Shown here piece after piece: positions 13,159-25,860 of a DNA stretch of 64,000 bases (the first letter of the stretch is position 1; each line of letters opens with the position of its first letter). The notes below the pieces were generated by a model, which had not been told where the DNA came from, searched no databases, and worked only from the letters and a program-made list of their open reading frames with translations. Position numbers and translations under genes: made by a program. The DNA comes from Octopus vulgaris (Eukaryota): the NCBI GenBank assembly GCA_951406725.2, contig OX597825.1, positions 71,300,001-71,364,000 on the forward strand, written 5' to 3'.

Positions 13159-13313
13159 GGTGCAGGAGTGGCTGTGTGGTAAGTAGCTTGCTTACCAACC
13201 ACATGGTTCTGGGTTCAGTCCCACTGCGTGGCACCTAGGGCAAGTGTCTTCTACTATAGCCTCGGGCCTTGTGAGTGGATTTGGTAGACAGAAACTTAAA
13301 GAAGCCCGTCGTA

Positions 13314-13388
<75 letters not shown>

Positions 13389-13540
13389 GTGTGTATATGC
13401 TGGTGTGTCTGTGTTTGTCTCCCCACCATCACTTGACAACCGTAACTTAGCGGTTCAGCAAAAGAGACCGATAGAATATGCACTAGGCTTACAAAGAATA
13501 AGTCCTGGGGTCGATTTGCTCAACTAAAGAGTAAAGAGTA
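13159..13540 (+). mobile_element. SINE family A
   Basis: Consensus match with small deletions. Confidence 0.85.
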
Positions 13541-16500
13541 AGCAGTACATACACATAGACATGCATACACATGTCCTTAAGACAAAATATAATTGTTGAA
13601 ATCCCTGAAATTAGTTCCTTTAACAAACAGGAAATTTACTGGAGAAGTTAATCCAGCTATTTGTGTGTGTGTTTCTGTGCACGCACACACACATACAGAA
13701 ACATGAACTGATACATACACATAAACATTTATACTTATGCGCATCTTTGTAATTAAGACTAACAAGCTATTGTCGATAGACTAAGATGTGAATGGTGAAC
13801 CCAAGTTTCAGCTTACTTTGTAGTCAGGTTGGTGTTGTCGGTATTTATGTGTTTGCATGTGTGTGCCTCTGTGTGTGTGTGTGTATAATCAGCTGAAACA
13901 TGAGTATCTGAAAGGATATTAGTACTTGAGCTTCTTGTAAGTGAACGGCTGATGGCTGCTTCGTCTAGTGATGATGTAATGCTGAATTGTAACTTTGAGG
14001 ACAAGTCACCATAGATGCAACATGAGATTAAAGAAATGTCTACGCAGTAAAGTAGCCCTTCAGACTTGTTATGGTGGATAGTTTAAATGATCAAATTCTG
14101 GCACAACATATCTCTGTGGTTAAGTAATTTACTTCACAATCGTGACATGGTTCTAGTTTCAGTTCCACTGTGTGGACATTTGGTCAAGAGTCTTTTATCA
14201 AAATCTCTTCTCTTAGTGGAATTCATCATCATCATCATCGTTTAGCGTCCGCTTTCCATGCTGGCATAGGTTGGACGGTTCAACTGGGGTCTGGGAAGCC
14301 AGAAGGCTGCACCAGGTCCAGTCTGATCTGGCAATGTTTCTACGGCTGGATGCCCTTCCTAGACAAAAATTATACGGATGCTTATTGTGTAGTTGACCAG
14401 TTTAAAACTGGTTCCTGGCCCTCAGAGACAGTTTTTAACAGATTCTACTCTGCTGCAAGTGAAGGCTCAGTGGTTAATGTGTTGGGCTCACAGACATGAG
14501 GTAGTGAGTTCAATTCTAGGACTAGGCTGTGTTTTGAGCAAGACACTTCATTTCATGTTGCTCCAGTTCACTCAGCTGTAGAAATGAATTGTGACATCAC
14601 TGGTGCCAAGCTGTATTGGCCTTTTACCTTTCTGTTGGATAACATCAGTGCGGTGGAGATGGGATTGCTGGTCTTCCATAAACAACCTTCCTAGACTTAT
14701 GCCTTGGAAGGGAGCTTTCTTGATGCAATCCCATGGTCATTCATGACTGAAGGGGTCTTTACTTTTACTCTGCTGTAAGTATTGGGTTTGGACTAGGTTT
14801 TCTTTTTGAGTTGTGGATTAGTTTTTTCCTCTTTTTTTTCACAAATTTTCAAGACACTGCAAAAAAAAAAAAAAAAAAAAGACACAAAAAAGGAGGCCAT
14901 AATTCTTAATTCTTTTGTTGGGGATGGAGTCAAGTGCAGTGAATTGACATAACTGTTAGGGCATTGGATAAGAAGCCTTGCAGTATCTGTCTCCACTCTT
15001 CAGTCTGAGTTCAAATCCTGTCTCTTCTATCAACTGAGGAAAAAAAAAGAGAAAAGTGTCAGGTCTGTAAGAAGTCATGATCAACATCTAAGTTGAGAAG
15101 CTAACATCTTAGTACACACACACACAATGGGATTCTTACAGTTTCTGTCTATCAGATCCACTCACAAGGCTTTGGTTGGCTAAAAGCTATAGAAGACACT
15201 TGCCCAATGTGCCCCGCAGGGGGACTGAACCTGAAACCAGGTGTTTGAGAAGCAAGCTTCTTACCACGCAACCATGATATTTTTGTTTTTTAATTTAATT
15301 TTTATTTTTTAATCTGCTTACCTGTCAGAATCTAAGTAAAAAAATCCAATACCCATCTTTAGAGTATTACGTTAAACAACATACATGCTAATATCCATAT
15401 TTATCAGATTCTATGATGCAATTGTTCTAAGTAGAGGGGAAAACAGACAAATAGAAATGAAGCTACAATTACCAAAAAACAAAGGAATTGATTGTTTGCA
15501 AATTGTATTTCACAGAATGTTTTTTTACTTCCTTTCCTTTCTAGAATAGAAAATTCCAATTCTGTAATACAAAAAAACAAAAAAAAATTCCCCCCTTTTT
15601 TTTTCTAACTTTTGCAAAAGGAAACCGTATTAATATGATTACTAAGTTTTGCATTTAATATAAAAATCTTCACAGCGGAAAACTCACTCATGCACACACT
15701 CACACACACACACACACACACACACACATGCATGCATGCAAGCTCACACGCACTCTCTCTTTCACACTCAAATACTCCACACAAACTTGCATGCATGCAC
15801 ACACACACACAATTACATGCAAGCACATATATACACTTTCAGACATACCCAAACACACACACATAAAATTAAATGCAGGCACACACATACACTCTCACCC
15901 AAATATCCACCCACACACACTCACTCCTTCCATCCACGACTCCCTCCTCACACACACACACACACTTACAAACTGCTATTTTCTTTCTCTCTCATCTGCC
16001 ATATTTCCTCTTCCATGCTGCATAGTTTTATCAGTCTAACATGTATGTTTGATAAGATCAAGCCTGGACTTGTGTACTTTCTGCTTGCGTAACCGCCAAA
16101 GAACGGTTTATTTGCTGTGTTCTTTTATTTGCGGGAGTTTAATTAATGTTAGACAAGAATTTAAGTGTACTCAAGTAGCATGTACTTTATTGCTCTCCTT
16201 TCAAATTACTTCCTTACAGACTAGATTAGGTAAAGAAAACAATGACTAAGTGTACCTTGGATATATTGTTGTTGATGTTGTCTTTATTCAGCTCGTCAGA
16301 ATTGCTGAGCTAACAGCATGGCTTTGGGGTGAAGAAATTTGCTTTCCAATCACATGGTTTCAGGTGCAGTCTTACTGTATGGCACATCAATCTTACTGTA
16401 TGCCTTTTGACTATAACTCTACTATCAACCCCAGGGTGGCCAAAGTCTTGTGAGTGAATTCAGGGGGATAGAAACCAAAAGAAGCCCGTGTGTGTGTGTG

Positions 16501-17457
16501 TGTTTATATTTGCACTCTACAAAAGCCATGAGTTACAAGTAGTGTTGTTGCTGTTGTCACTTCTGCTTGCTTTGCACTTTCTTTTGATGACATGTGGAAT
16601 AGATCCCTTACTTGAAAAACATGTAAGGGTTAGTGACAGGAAGGGCATCCAGCTGTAAAACAATGCCTCAGTAATTGAATGAAATACAGGGCATCTAAAA
16701 AAAAAAATACAGTAATGAAAGGGTTAAAAATTATGGTAAGCTTTAACAATCTGGAAGATAAGGGCAGTATGCAGCTGTTAGCTATGGGTGTCGACTACCT
16801 ACTGAACATTTCGTATACTAAGTCAGGTGCTTCCCGGTGAGTTCATATCCAAACAAGTAGGAGCAGGTTTTGCATTGCGTTGCTTAGTCTAACCCATGCT
16901 GGCATGCAAGAACTGAAGTAAAGTGAATGAAGAGCCAATGGAGAAAAACCCTCCATCTATTCATTCAGCTTTTTTCAGTCCAGCTGCTAAATTTCTCCTG
17001 ATGAATGGTGAGTGCATGTGCAATTTTTAAATCATTAAAAAAAATGAGCATGATCCATAACAAATATGTGAAAGCCAAAGCTACAGCACTAATCAAATAC
17101 TGGAACCCAACCCAAATGAATACAAGGGGCATCTTAATTTCTATTTGTCAGGAAACCTTCAGATATTCATACATATCCTAATTATCCTGATTACAGGGTT
17201 ACATAGAGTTCATCTTGTTCTCACCTAGCTGCTACATTTTTGCTACTCATATTCCTATGTTAATTATATTGAGTTTGTCACAGAGCTTATCCAAAACCTC
17301 CAGCAAGCCATCTGCCTCTAGTGTATGGTTTTATATTTCATTACTATCTTTGCTTCCCTCTACACTATTGCATCTGGGTGTCCTGTTTCCCTGTCACTGC
17401 ATGCTTTGTATACCCATTTCTGGCACTGAGTAAAGTATATTGAATCCTCAATATACA

Positions 17458-17683
17458 GCGGCAAGCTGGCAGAAACGTTGGCACGCCGGGCGAAATGCGA
17501 AGCCGTATTTCGTCTGCCGCTACATTCTGAGTTCAAATTCCGCTGAGGTTGACTTTGCCTTTCATCCTTTCGGGGTCGATAAATTAAGTACTAGTTACGC
17601 ACTGGGGTCGATGGAATCGACTTAATCGCTTTGTCTTTGTTTGTCCCCTCTGTGTTTAGCCCCTTGTGGGTAGTAAAGAAATA
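17458..17683 (+). mobile_element. SINE family B monomer
   Basis: Consensus match; flanking direct repeat tatattgaatcctca at 17436-17450 and 17684-17698. Confidence 0.85.
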
Positions 17684-18911
17684 TATATTGAATCCTCATT
17701 TGTTGTAAGGTCGTCATATTTTAGACTGCAACAGATTCTCTACTATCTTATATTAACTAATACTGTAGTCTTTACCATATTCATAACATATTTATTTGGT
17801 GCCAGGTCACTCTTCCATTTTGTTGGTATTTTCTGTAGCTCTTTGATAGATTAGACAATGAGCATGTCATTACATGTGTGTGTAAAGATTTGTGAGCAAA
17901 CTGTCTTGAACTTAGGAATAATCTGACAAGGAATTAAAGAGAAGATGGTCATAAATAGGACCATTGTGAGGTTTGGTTCATTTTATGGAATAAATTCCAC
18001 ATAGAATCAAGAGAGGTCCTAGCATAATTTTATTCTGCTAAACTCATATTTATCATTTTCTTTTTTTATATCAGCTTTCCCTATTGGCATTGGTTGGCAG
18101 GCCATATCCAGCCCAAATAATATTCTGATTATGTTTGAACTAGCCAGATCTGGCCTCTCACACATACCCTACAATGTCATTCTAAAAATAAACAGTGACA
18201 TCAACAAAACCTCAAAGCAATAAGATAATTCATAACTAATTCAAAATGTGAATAAAGAAACATGTGACAAATCAATCTGAATGCTAAAGGGTTGAGTTTG
18301 GCATGGTTAGAGACCCTTCTTAACACCAATCACTTTACAGAATGTACATATTTGTATGGCACCAGTGTTAGGGAATGTTGCCATGTCCTTGATAAAACTA
18401 CAAGGTCCTCTTGACCTAGAACGTCCCCACTTGTTAACCAACCACTTTATAGAGTATAATCTCTTGACTGAAATCATTGCGACTCCTGGCCTTAATTGCT
18501 TTCTCAAACTACAAAGATTGCTCACCATTCACCAAAATAGAGGAAGATGAGACTCAGGTCATCAAATACAAGATAGTCATCTGCTCTTATCAAAAAACAA
18601 AACAAAAAAAATCTCTCTTCACTGACTCACTAGAATTATATCCTGAGAAAATTTAAACCCTATCCTATCCACTTAAGCCAGCCTGAAGGTGTGCAGCTTA
18701 GGGGTTAAGGTATTTAGTTCATGATTGTCAAGTCATGAATTTAATTCCTTGTGGTGTGTTGTGTCTTCAAGTGAGACACTTTATTTCACTTTGATCCAGT
18801 TCATGCAGCTGACAAAAATGAGTAGCACCTCTAATTCAAAAGCCAACTTTGCTGCATTCTTGTGTCATGCTGAATCTCCCTGAGAGCTATATTAATCCAT
18901 ATATACCCCTG

Positions 18912-19146
18912 AAGGCGGTGAGCTGGCAGAGTCGTTAGCATGCCGGGCGAAATGCTTAGCGGTATTTCATCTGCCGTTATGTTCTGAGTTCAATTTCCAT
19001 CGAGGTCGATTTTGCCTTTCATCCTTTCGGGGTCGATAAATAAAGTACCAGTTATGCACTGGGGTCGATGTAATCGACTTAATCCCTTTGTCTGTCCTTG
19101 TTTGTCCCCTCTATGTTTAGCCCCTTGTGGGCAGTAAAGAAATATG
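18912..19146 (+). mobile_element. SINE family B monomer
   Basis: 22-bp TSD tattaatccatatatac(c/t)cctg at 18890-18911 and 19147-19168. Confidence 0.9.
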
Positions 19147-19152
19147 TATTAA

Positions 19153-19597
19153 TCCATATATACTCCTGGTTTGAATTTTTGCAACTCAAAACCTGCTCCT
19201 ACTTGTTTGAACATGAACTCGCCGGGAAGCACCTGACTGAGCCTACGAGATGTCCAGTAGGTAGTCGACACCCATAGCTAACAGCTGCACACTGCCCTTA
19301 TCTTCCAGATTGTTAAAGCTTACCATAATGTTTAACCCTTTCGTTACTGTATTTTATTTGAGATACTCTGTATTTCTTTAAATTAATTTTAAATATAACA
19401 AAGAATTTAGTAAAATAACTTAGTTATAATTCAGCTAGTGTTAGGAATATAAATTGTGATTAAGGTTTGGTGGAAGATTTTAATTCAAAACTTATGAAAA
19501 CAAGACATTTGTACTCAGAGCCAAAGCCGGTTTCAGCCAGATTGGTAACAAAAGGGTTAATCTAAATGTGGTGAAATTTTTTATGGGCATATATGGG
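19153..19597. mobile_element. piggyBac-like MITE (outer)
   Basis: TTAA on both sides; imperfect TIRs tccatatatac.. / gggcatatatggg. Confidence 0.65.
19336..19556. mobile_element. piggyBac-like MITE (inner)
   Basis: TTAA TSD at 19332-19335 and 19557-19560; TIRs CCCTTTCGTTAC / GTAACAAAAGGG. Confidence 0.8.
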
Positions 19598-20317
19598 TTA
19601 AGAGTACACATGTCTGTAGAGTGACCTGTCTCTTGCATGTTAATTTCACAAGCATGCTGTTCAGGTGATCAGATCAACTGGAAATCCTCATCATCGTAAC
19701 CGCCGATGAAGTTCCCTTTAGTTACAATTTCCCTGAGAGCTATTAATACGAACTCATTGCCTTTAGAATTCCCCTATCGAGAGTAAAGATAATGGTCCTA
19801 CTCCACCTTTCATTTCAGGACAACTTTCTGCATAACCCGATTAACTAAGTAGATAATTAACACACCATCAATATAGTTTGATGCTCTCAGCATCCCTGAT
19901 GGACCTACAGTTTTGAACATTTGCTCTTTAAATCAATAGTTTACTGCTATAACCATTCTTTTATCTTGATCTGCTGCTTATCTCCCTCACTGATCCATTG
20001 TATTATGTTTTCAAAATGTCATGTATAAAAGGTTCATAGGTTTCATTGAATCTCAGTATTTTCAGCTAGAGACTAGTGGGTTTATTGAACAAGTCATCAA
20101 CAGCCTAGGGATTGACAACTGCTTCTGTTACTTCTACCTCAATTATAGGTACATTTAAAAGAAATAGCTATGGGTACTGTTCTTCCTTAGAAATGAATAT
20201 TGTATTTCTCATGCTTTAGACTAACTACATGATCAAGAGTTCTAACCTTATTGTGTCTCACCTTTTGGCTGACAATGCTCCACTGCTCTATTTGATTATT
20301 CAGTGCATAGTTAGTTA

Positions 20318-20680
20318 TCTTTTATGTTTCACTCATTAGACTGTGGCCATGCTGCAGCACTGCCTTGAAGAATTTTAGTCAAACAAATCAATCCTAATTC
20401 TTTATTTTTTAAACTTGGTACTTATTCTATCAGTCTCTTTTGCCAAACTGCTAAGTTACAGGGACATAAATACACCAAGACTAGTTGTCAAGCAGTGGTG
20501 CTAGACAAACGCACACATACACATGAGACAGGCTTCTTTCAGTTTCTGTTTCCATCTACCAAATCCATTCATGAGGCTTTGGTCAGCCTGAGGCTTCAGT
20601 AGAAGACATTTGCTGAAGGTGGAACATTGTGGGATTGAATCCAGAACCATGCGGTTGAGAAGGAAACTTACCTCACCTGT
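20318..20680 (-). mobile_element. SINE family A, diverged
   Basis: Recognisable tail, core and head with many substitutions. Confidence 0.75.
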
Positions 20681-21293
20681 ACCAGTGTAGATATTTATTT
20701 ATTTAAAGATAATAAAATATAATAAAAACGTTTTGCATTTGTATAAAATTGTTTGAAAAACCTCCCATAGAAGTGATTTAGAGGTGGAAGATGGATGTAA
20801 AATACTGAGATAAAAAAAAATCTCTACTAGCATAATTATTTATAATGTTAATTAATAAGCCAGTTAGGGTGTCAAAGAAACAAAATTCAAATAATTACTG
20901 CCATTGATGTTTATTTACTACACATATATCCTCCTATTTTATTGACCATAATTTAACTGTTGTTATTGTTTTAGATGGATAATTTAAATAATTACAACAA
21001 TCCATTAATTAGCTACTTCCTTTATTATTTTATCTTGAGTGGGCTTGTTAACAAAAAAACGGGGTGGCGGGGGGAGAGAGGAAAAAGGAAAATATGAATA
21101 AGTGGCATGCATTAACTTTGCTGTGTAGGTATTAATTAAAAATAACTGATGTTCTGTTTTTCAAAATCAAACCTGCATTTTCACAGTGTAATAATATAAA
21201 AATGCTAAAAATGCAATTTTGAAAGAATATGAGAATATATCTTTGTAAACTTTTCTATTTACCCCTCCTCTCCACGCACAACACTTGCATATA

Positions 21294-21688
21294 GGTGCAG
21301 GAGTGGCTGTGTGGTAAGTAGCTTGCTAACCAACCACATGGTTGCGGGTTCAGTCCCACTACGTGGCATCTTGGGCAAGTGTCTTCTGCTATAACCCCGG
21401 GCCGACCAATGCCTTGTGAGTGGATTTGGTAGACGGAAACTGAAAGAAGCCTGTCGTATATATGTATATATATATAAGTGTGTGTGTATATGTTTGTGTT
21501 TGTCCCCCTAGCATTGCTTGACAACCGATGCTGGTGTGTTTACGTCCCTGTCACTTAACGGTTCGGCAAAAGAGACCGATAGGATAAGTACTGGGCTTAC
21601 AAAGAATAAGTCCCGGGGTCGATTTGCTCGACTAAAGGCGGTGCTCCAGCATGACCACAGTCAAATGACTGAAACAAGTAAAAGAGTA
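21294..21688 (+). mobile_element. SINE family A, young subfamily
   Basis: Shares diagnostic bases (gtcactta, ctgggcttac, gtcccgggg) with the 51188-51587 copy and largely with 1-180. Confidence 0.9.
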
Positions 21689-22055
21689 ATATGTGCATGC
21701 ATATAAATATTATCCTCTTCATTTTTAATGTTTTCTTTTCCATGCTCGCATGAGTCAGATGGAATTTGTTGAGGCAGATTTTCTATGGCTGGATGCTCTT
21801 CCTGTTGCTAACTCTTGCCTATTTCGAATTAAGATTAATAATTCCCCATCACCATACATTCTTTTGTGGAAAATTGGAAAGGAGGGTGACATTCACCATT
21901 CGCTTACAACTATTGTGCAATGTCAAGACAACAGGACTGTAACACACACACACATATTCATACAAACATACACACATTCATACACACAGTCACATACACA
22001 TTTTCACACACACAATCACACACATTCATTCACACAATGAGTTTTTTTAGTTTCC

Positions 22056-22468
22056 TATTTCTTTATTGCCCACAAGGGGCTAGACATATAGGGGACAAAC
22101 AAGGACAGACAAAAGGATTAAGTCAATTACATCGACCCCAATGCATAACTGGTACTTAATTTATCGACCCCAAAAGGATGAAAGGCAAAGTCGACCTCAG
22201 CAAAATTTGAACTCAGAACGTAATGGCAGACAAAATACCTATTTATTACCCACAAGGGGCTAAACATAGAGGGGACAAACAAGGACAGACATAGGTATTA
22301 AGTCGATTACATCGACCCCAGTGCATAACTGGTATTTAATTTATCGACCCCAAAAGGATGAAAGGCAAAGTCGACCTCAACGAAATTTGAACTCAGAACG
22401 TAATGGCAGATGAAATACTGCTAAGCATTTCACCCGACGTGCTAACGTTTCTGACAGCTTGCCGCCTT
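22056..22468 (-). mobile_element. SINE family B dimer inserted in an old family A copy
   Basis: Two units; flanked by tttttagtttc on both sides. Confidence 0.85.
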
Positions 22469-23072
22469 ATTTTTTAGTTTCTGCCTACTAAATCCACTCA
22501 AGGTTTAGTTTCTGCCTACTAAATCCACTCACAAGGTCTTTTTTAGTTTCTGTCTACTAAATCCACTCACAAGGCTGTGCTTAGTGTGGGACTTCGATAG
22601 AAGTCACTTACTCAAGGTGCCACCTAGGGGGAACCTAGAACCTTGTAGTTGGGAAGCAAACTTCTTATCGCACAGCTACACCTGCATCTATAGAACAAAA
22701 TATTTGTACAAAAACTTTTTTTTTAATAAAAATACCTGTTGTTTCTGATAAGCTAAAGATAAGGGAATGTGTTAAAAAAATGTTTTGTTAATCATAATTA
22801 TATTTTGATTTGCGATATGATATAATTTGTTTTGCTATATATGAGATAAATATGTTATTTGTTGAATTTGCTTACTTGATTTGGAGCTATCTGACTGTCT
22901 CTGTCTGTTTATATCTATCTACATCTGCCAGTTTGTTTCTGTCTGTCTGTCTGTCTCTCTTATATACCTTGTCATCCTCTTTCCATGGCCATTTTCCTTG
23001 CTGTTATGGGTAGAATGGTTTGACAGGAACTGGCAAGTGAGAAGACTGCCAAGCTCTACTGACTGGTTTAGT

Positions 23073-23395
23073 GAAGGCGCATGGCTTAGTGGTTAGGGCA
23101 TTCGGCTCACAAGTGTAAGGTCATGAGTTCAATTCCTGGCGACACGTTGTGTCCTTGAGCAAGACGTTTTATTTCACGTTGCTCCAGTCCACTCAGCTGG
23201 CAAAAATGAGTTGTACCTGTATTTCAAAGGGCCAGCCTTGTCACACTCTGTGTCATGCTGAATCTCCTTGAGAACTACATTAGGGGTACATGTGTCTGTG
23301 GATTTCTCAGCCACTCACATTAATTTCATGAGCAAGCTGTTCCGTTGATCATATCAGCTGGGACCCTCATCATCATAACTGACAGAGTGCTCCTT
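23073..23395 (+). mobile_element. SINE family D, full length
   Basis: A/B boxes tggcttagtgg and gagttcaattcc; flanking direct repeat tactgactggttt. Confidence 0.8.
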
Positions 23396-24347
23396 TTTTA
23401 CTGACTGGTTTGGCATGGTTTTCTGTGACTGGATGCCCTTCCTAATGCCAACCACTCTACAGAGTATAATGGATACCTTTTACATGGCACCAGCATTAGT
23501 GAGGTTACCAAGTAACTTGCAAAACAAGACCCATCAACTGGGGGCAGGGGTAGTATTGAGGGACAGAGAAGAAGAGAAACTTGGCTACCTTAAATGAAGA
23601 GAGAGAGAGTAGAGAAAGATGGTGAAGATGCGACAGGGAGGAAACAGGGGATGTACACCCAAGTAACAGGGTGGGGTGTATTTAGTGAGGCGGACTGGTC
23701 AAGTTCACAAAGCTTTGAAAAGAGAGTGGGAACGAGAAGTGGTGGGGTGTAATGAATGGGTGCTGGTAGAGGTAGGGGGGGGGGGGGTTATTAGAAGAAT
23801 ATGTTGCGGGGGAAGGGATTTAATGGGGGAGGCATAATTGTGTACAGGTAAGGGGAAGAGGAAAAAGAGAAAGAGCAGTGGTGGGCATGGCTGGATTGTG
23901 GGGAAAGAGGATCATGGATGTATGGGTGTGGATTTTTACATAGCTTGGTAGGTCTTCTCAAGCACAACAAATCACCAGTTGTCTTGTTACTTTGTTGAGA
24001 AGGGATTTAAGAGTGACATAATAATGTCTGCCTGTCAGTCTGTATATCTCTCTCTCTCTATATATATATGTGTGTGTGTGTGTTTCTCTTTTACTCTTTT
24101 ACTTGTTTCATTCATTTGACTGCTGCCATGCTGGAGCACCACCTTTAGTCGAGCAAATTCTTTGTAAGTCTAGTACTTATTCTAGCGGTCTCTTTTACCG
24201 AATCGCTAAGTTACAGGGATGTAAACACACCAGCATCGGTTGTCAGGCGATGTTGGGGGACAAACACAGACACACAAACACACACACGCATATATATATA
24301 TATATGTATGTATATATATATATATACATGTGTATATATATATATAC

Positions 24348-24409
<62 letters not shown>

Positions 24410-24450
24410 GTGTATATATATATATATATATATGTGTATATATATATATA

Positions 24451-24493
<43 letters not shown>

Positions 24494-24517
24494 TTAACAC
24501 ATATATATATATGTATA

Positions 24518-24846
<329 letters not shown>

Positions 24847-24932
24847 GTAGTTCCCGGGTTGATACGGGGTTAACCACAGTAAGTAAGGTACTCAATACAT
24901 AGCAGAGTAAAATTAATTTATTATATAGAAGG

Positions 24933-24983
24933 AGCTTCTACAGGACTAGTACTGTTTCATTCAAGAGAAATCTTCAGGAAGCT
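24933..24983 (-). ncRNA. Type I minimal hammerhead ribozyme
   Basis: Exact reverse complement of the 25535-25585 motif. Confidence 0.75.
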
Positions 24984-25534
24984 ATTTAACAAGAATTGTA
25001 TTAGCATTTATACATTTAGAGGAGTGGTGGTGGGGGACTTTTTGGGGGTAGGCATAGCGCAAAATATCATACTTGGGGGAGTGGTCAAGGTAATAAAAAA
25101 ATAAAAAAATAAAAAATAAAAAAATAAAAGGATAAAATAAAAGAATAAAAATAAAAATAAAAATAAAAAATATAAAAAATATAAAAAATATAAAAAATAT
25201 ATATAAATAATATATATAAATATAAAAAATATATATAAAAATATATATAAAAAAATATATATAAATATATAAATATATATATATATATATTATTATTATT
25301 TTTTTATATATATTTTTTATATTTTTTATATTTTTTATATTTTTTATATTTTTTATTTTTATTTTTATTTTTATTCTTTTATTTTATCCTTTTATTTTTT
25401 TATTTTTTATTTTTTTATTTTTTTATTACCTTGACCACCCCCCAAGTATGATATTTTGCGCTATGCCTACCCCCAAAAAGTCCCCCACCACCACTCCTCT
25501 AAATGTATAAATGCTAATACAATTCTTGTTAAAT

Positions 25535-25585
25535 AGCTTCCTGAAGATTTCTCTTGAATGAAACAGTACTAGTCCTGTAGAAGCT
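25535..25585 (+). ncRNA. Type I minimal hammerhead ribozyme
   Basis: agcttc [CTGAAGA] t-ttc-tctt-gaa-t [GAAA] cag-tactagtc-ctg [TA] gaagct: 6-bp stem I, conserved core, stem III with palindromic loop (actagt), GUA cleavage triplet. Confidence 0.75.
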
Positions 25586-25596
25586 CCTTCTATATA

Positions 25597-25801
<205 letters not shown>

Positions 25802-25802
25802 G

Positions 25803-25833
<31 letters not shown>

Positions 25834-25860
25834 GTATATATATATATACATGTGTATATA

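Larger units (their letters stand above)
18686..19730 (+). mobile_element. SINE family D interrupted by nested insertions
   Basis: 18686-18895 and 19602-19730 join to match the uninterrupted copy at 23073-23395. Confidence 0.75.

Noticed and set aside
15322-15331. 10-nt minus-strand microexon (ttttacttAG|attctgacag|GTAAGC)
   Set aside because: Signals are fair but no partner minus-strand exons were found; plausible by chance in 64 kb.
23073-23140. tRNA genes at SINE heads
   Set aside because: A/B boxes are present but I could not fold a full cloverleaf, and each head runs into a SINE body.
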